Positions 63,631 through 64,000 of a stretch of 64,000 nucleotides of DNA are shown in pieces. Both the position numbers and the translations under genes were made by a program. The notes beneath the pieces are model-generated. The model made no database searches, was not told the DNA's origin, and worked only from the letters and a program-made list of their open reading frames with translations. The stretch spans positions 54,994,001-55,058,000 of the forward strand of contig OZ296651.1 of assembly GCA_965655095.1 (NCBI GenBank). Reading direction: 5' to 3'. Source of the DNA: Haplodiscus bocki (taxonomy: Eukaryota). Position 1 is the first letter of the stretch. Every line of letters starts with the position of its first letter.

Positions 63631-64000
63631 TTACCAGTTAGGGTGAATTATGCCATATTGAAGCTCATGCCATCGGCTCTCAAGTGAATCTTGGTCGTTA
63701 GGGATTAACTCGTTACTTCCCTCTTGCCAGGCTTCTCGTTCAGTAGTGAGGAGTTCATTGGTTGGGTTGCTTTCATCAGTCGAATCCGGAGGTCGGTCCC
63801 TGTTTTGACCGTATTGGGATTCACGGTTAAAATCGCTAGTTCCGCAGTCCCATATAGGAGCAACATCCCTTTTGAGGGACATATCATATTGGACTCGTCC
63901 TATTTCTTCGTCTCGCATTCTTCCGCGACACCAATTTTGAGTGTGTCCGTTGATGCGGCAATAGTTGCAAAACCTTGTAGCGTTGTGTCGGCCTTTTTGG
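63631..64000 (-). CDS. gag: gag C-terminal part of the second element (runs off the window)
   Basis: QKGRHNATRFCNYCRINGHTQNWCRGRMRDEE, intact CCHC, homologous to ~45840-45930. Confidence 0.85.
   Translation of the reverse strand, partial: QKGRHNATRFCNYCRINGHTQNWCRGRMRDEEIGRVQYDMSLKRDVAPIWDCGTSDFNRESQYGQNRDRPPDSTDESNPTNELLTTEREAWQEGSNELIPNDQDSLESRWHELQYGIIHPNW

Overview
AT-rich, repeat-dense eukaryotic (invertebrate-like) DNA; no prokaryotic features. (1) 1-7.2 kb: 5' end of a minus-strand host gene read from splice signals: a SNAG-like first exon (MPNFFLLKKRK), a second ATG-only first exon and two micro-exons. (2) 12029-28054: a complete but decayed ~16 kb Polinton/Maverick with TIRs, a degenerate 6-bp TSD, pPolB, integrase, capsid, ATPase, protease and RING remnants. 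(3) 30249-48891: a young minus-strand Ty3/gypsy element bounded by a 4-bp AGAG TSD. It is organised like a complex retrovirus: gag, pol with a TARG1/DarG-type macrodomain between PR and RT, small accessory ORFs, an intact GC-rich antisense ORF, a chuvirus-like envelope gene, an Arg-rich ORF and a RING-less TRAF gene next to the PPT. Its three-LTR structure points to unequal crossover followed by deletion. (4) ~54.9-59.6 kb: an old gypsy relic. (5) 60005-64000: a diverged relative of element 3 that lacks pol and most of env. All family assignments come from motif recognition by eye; no searches were run.
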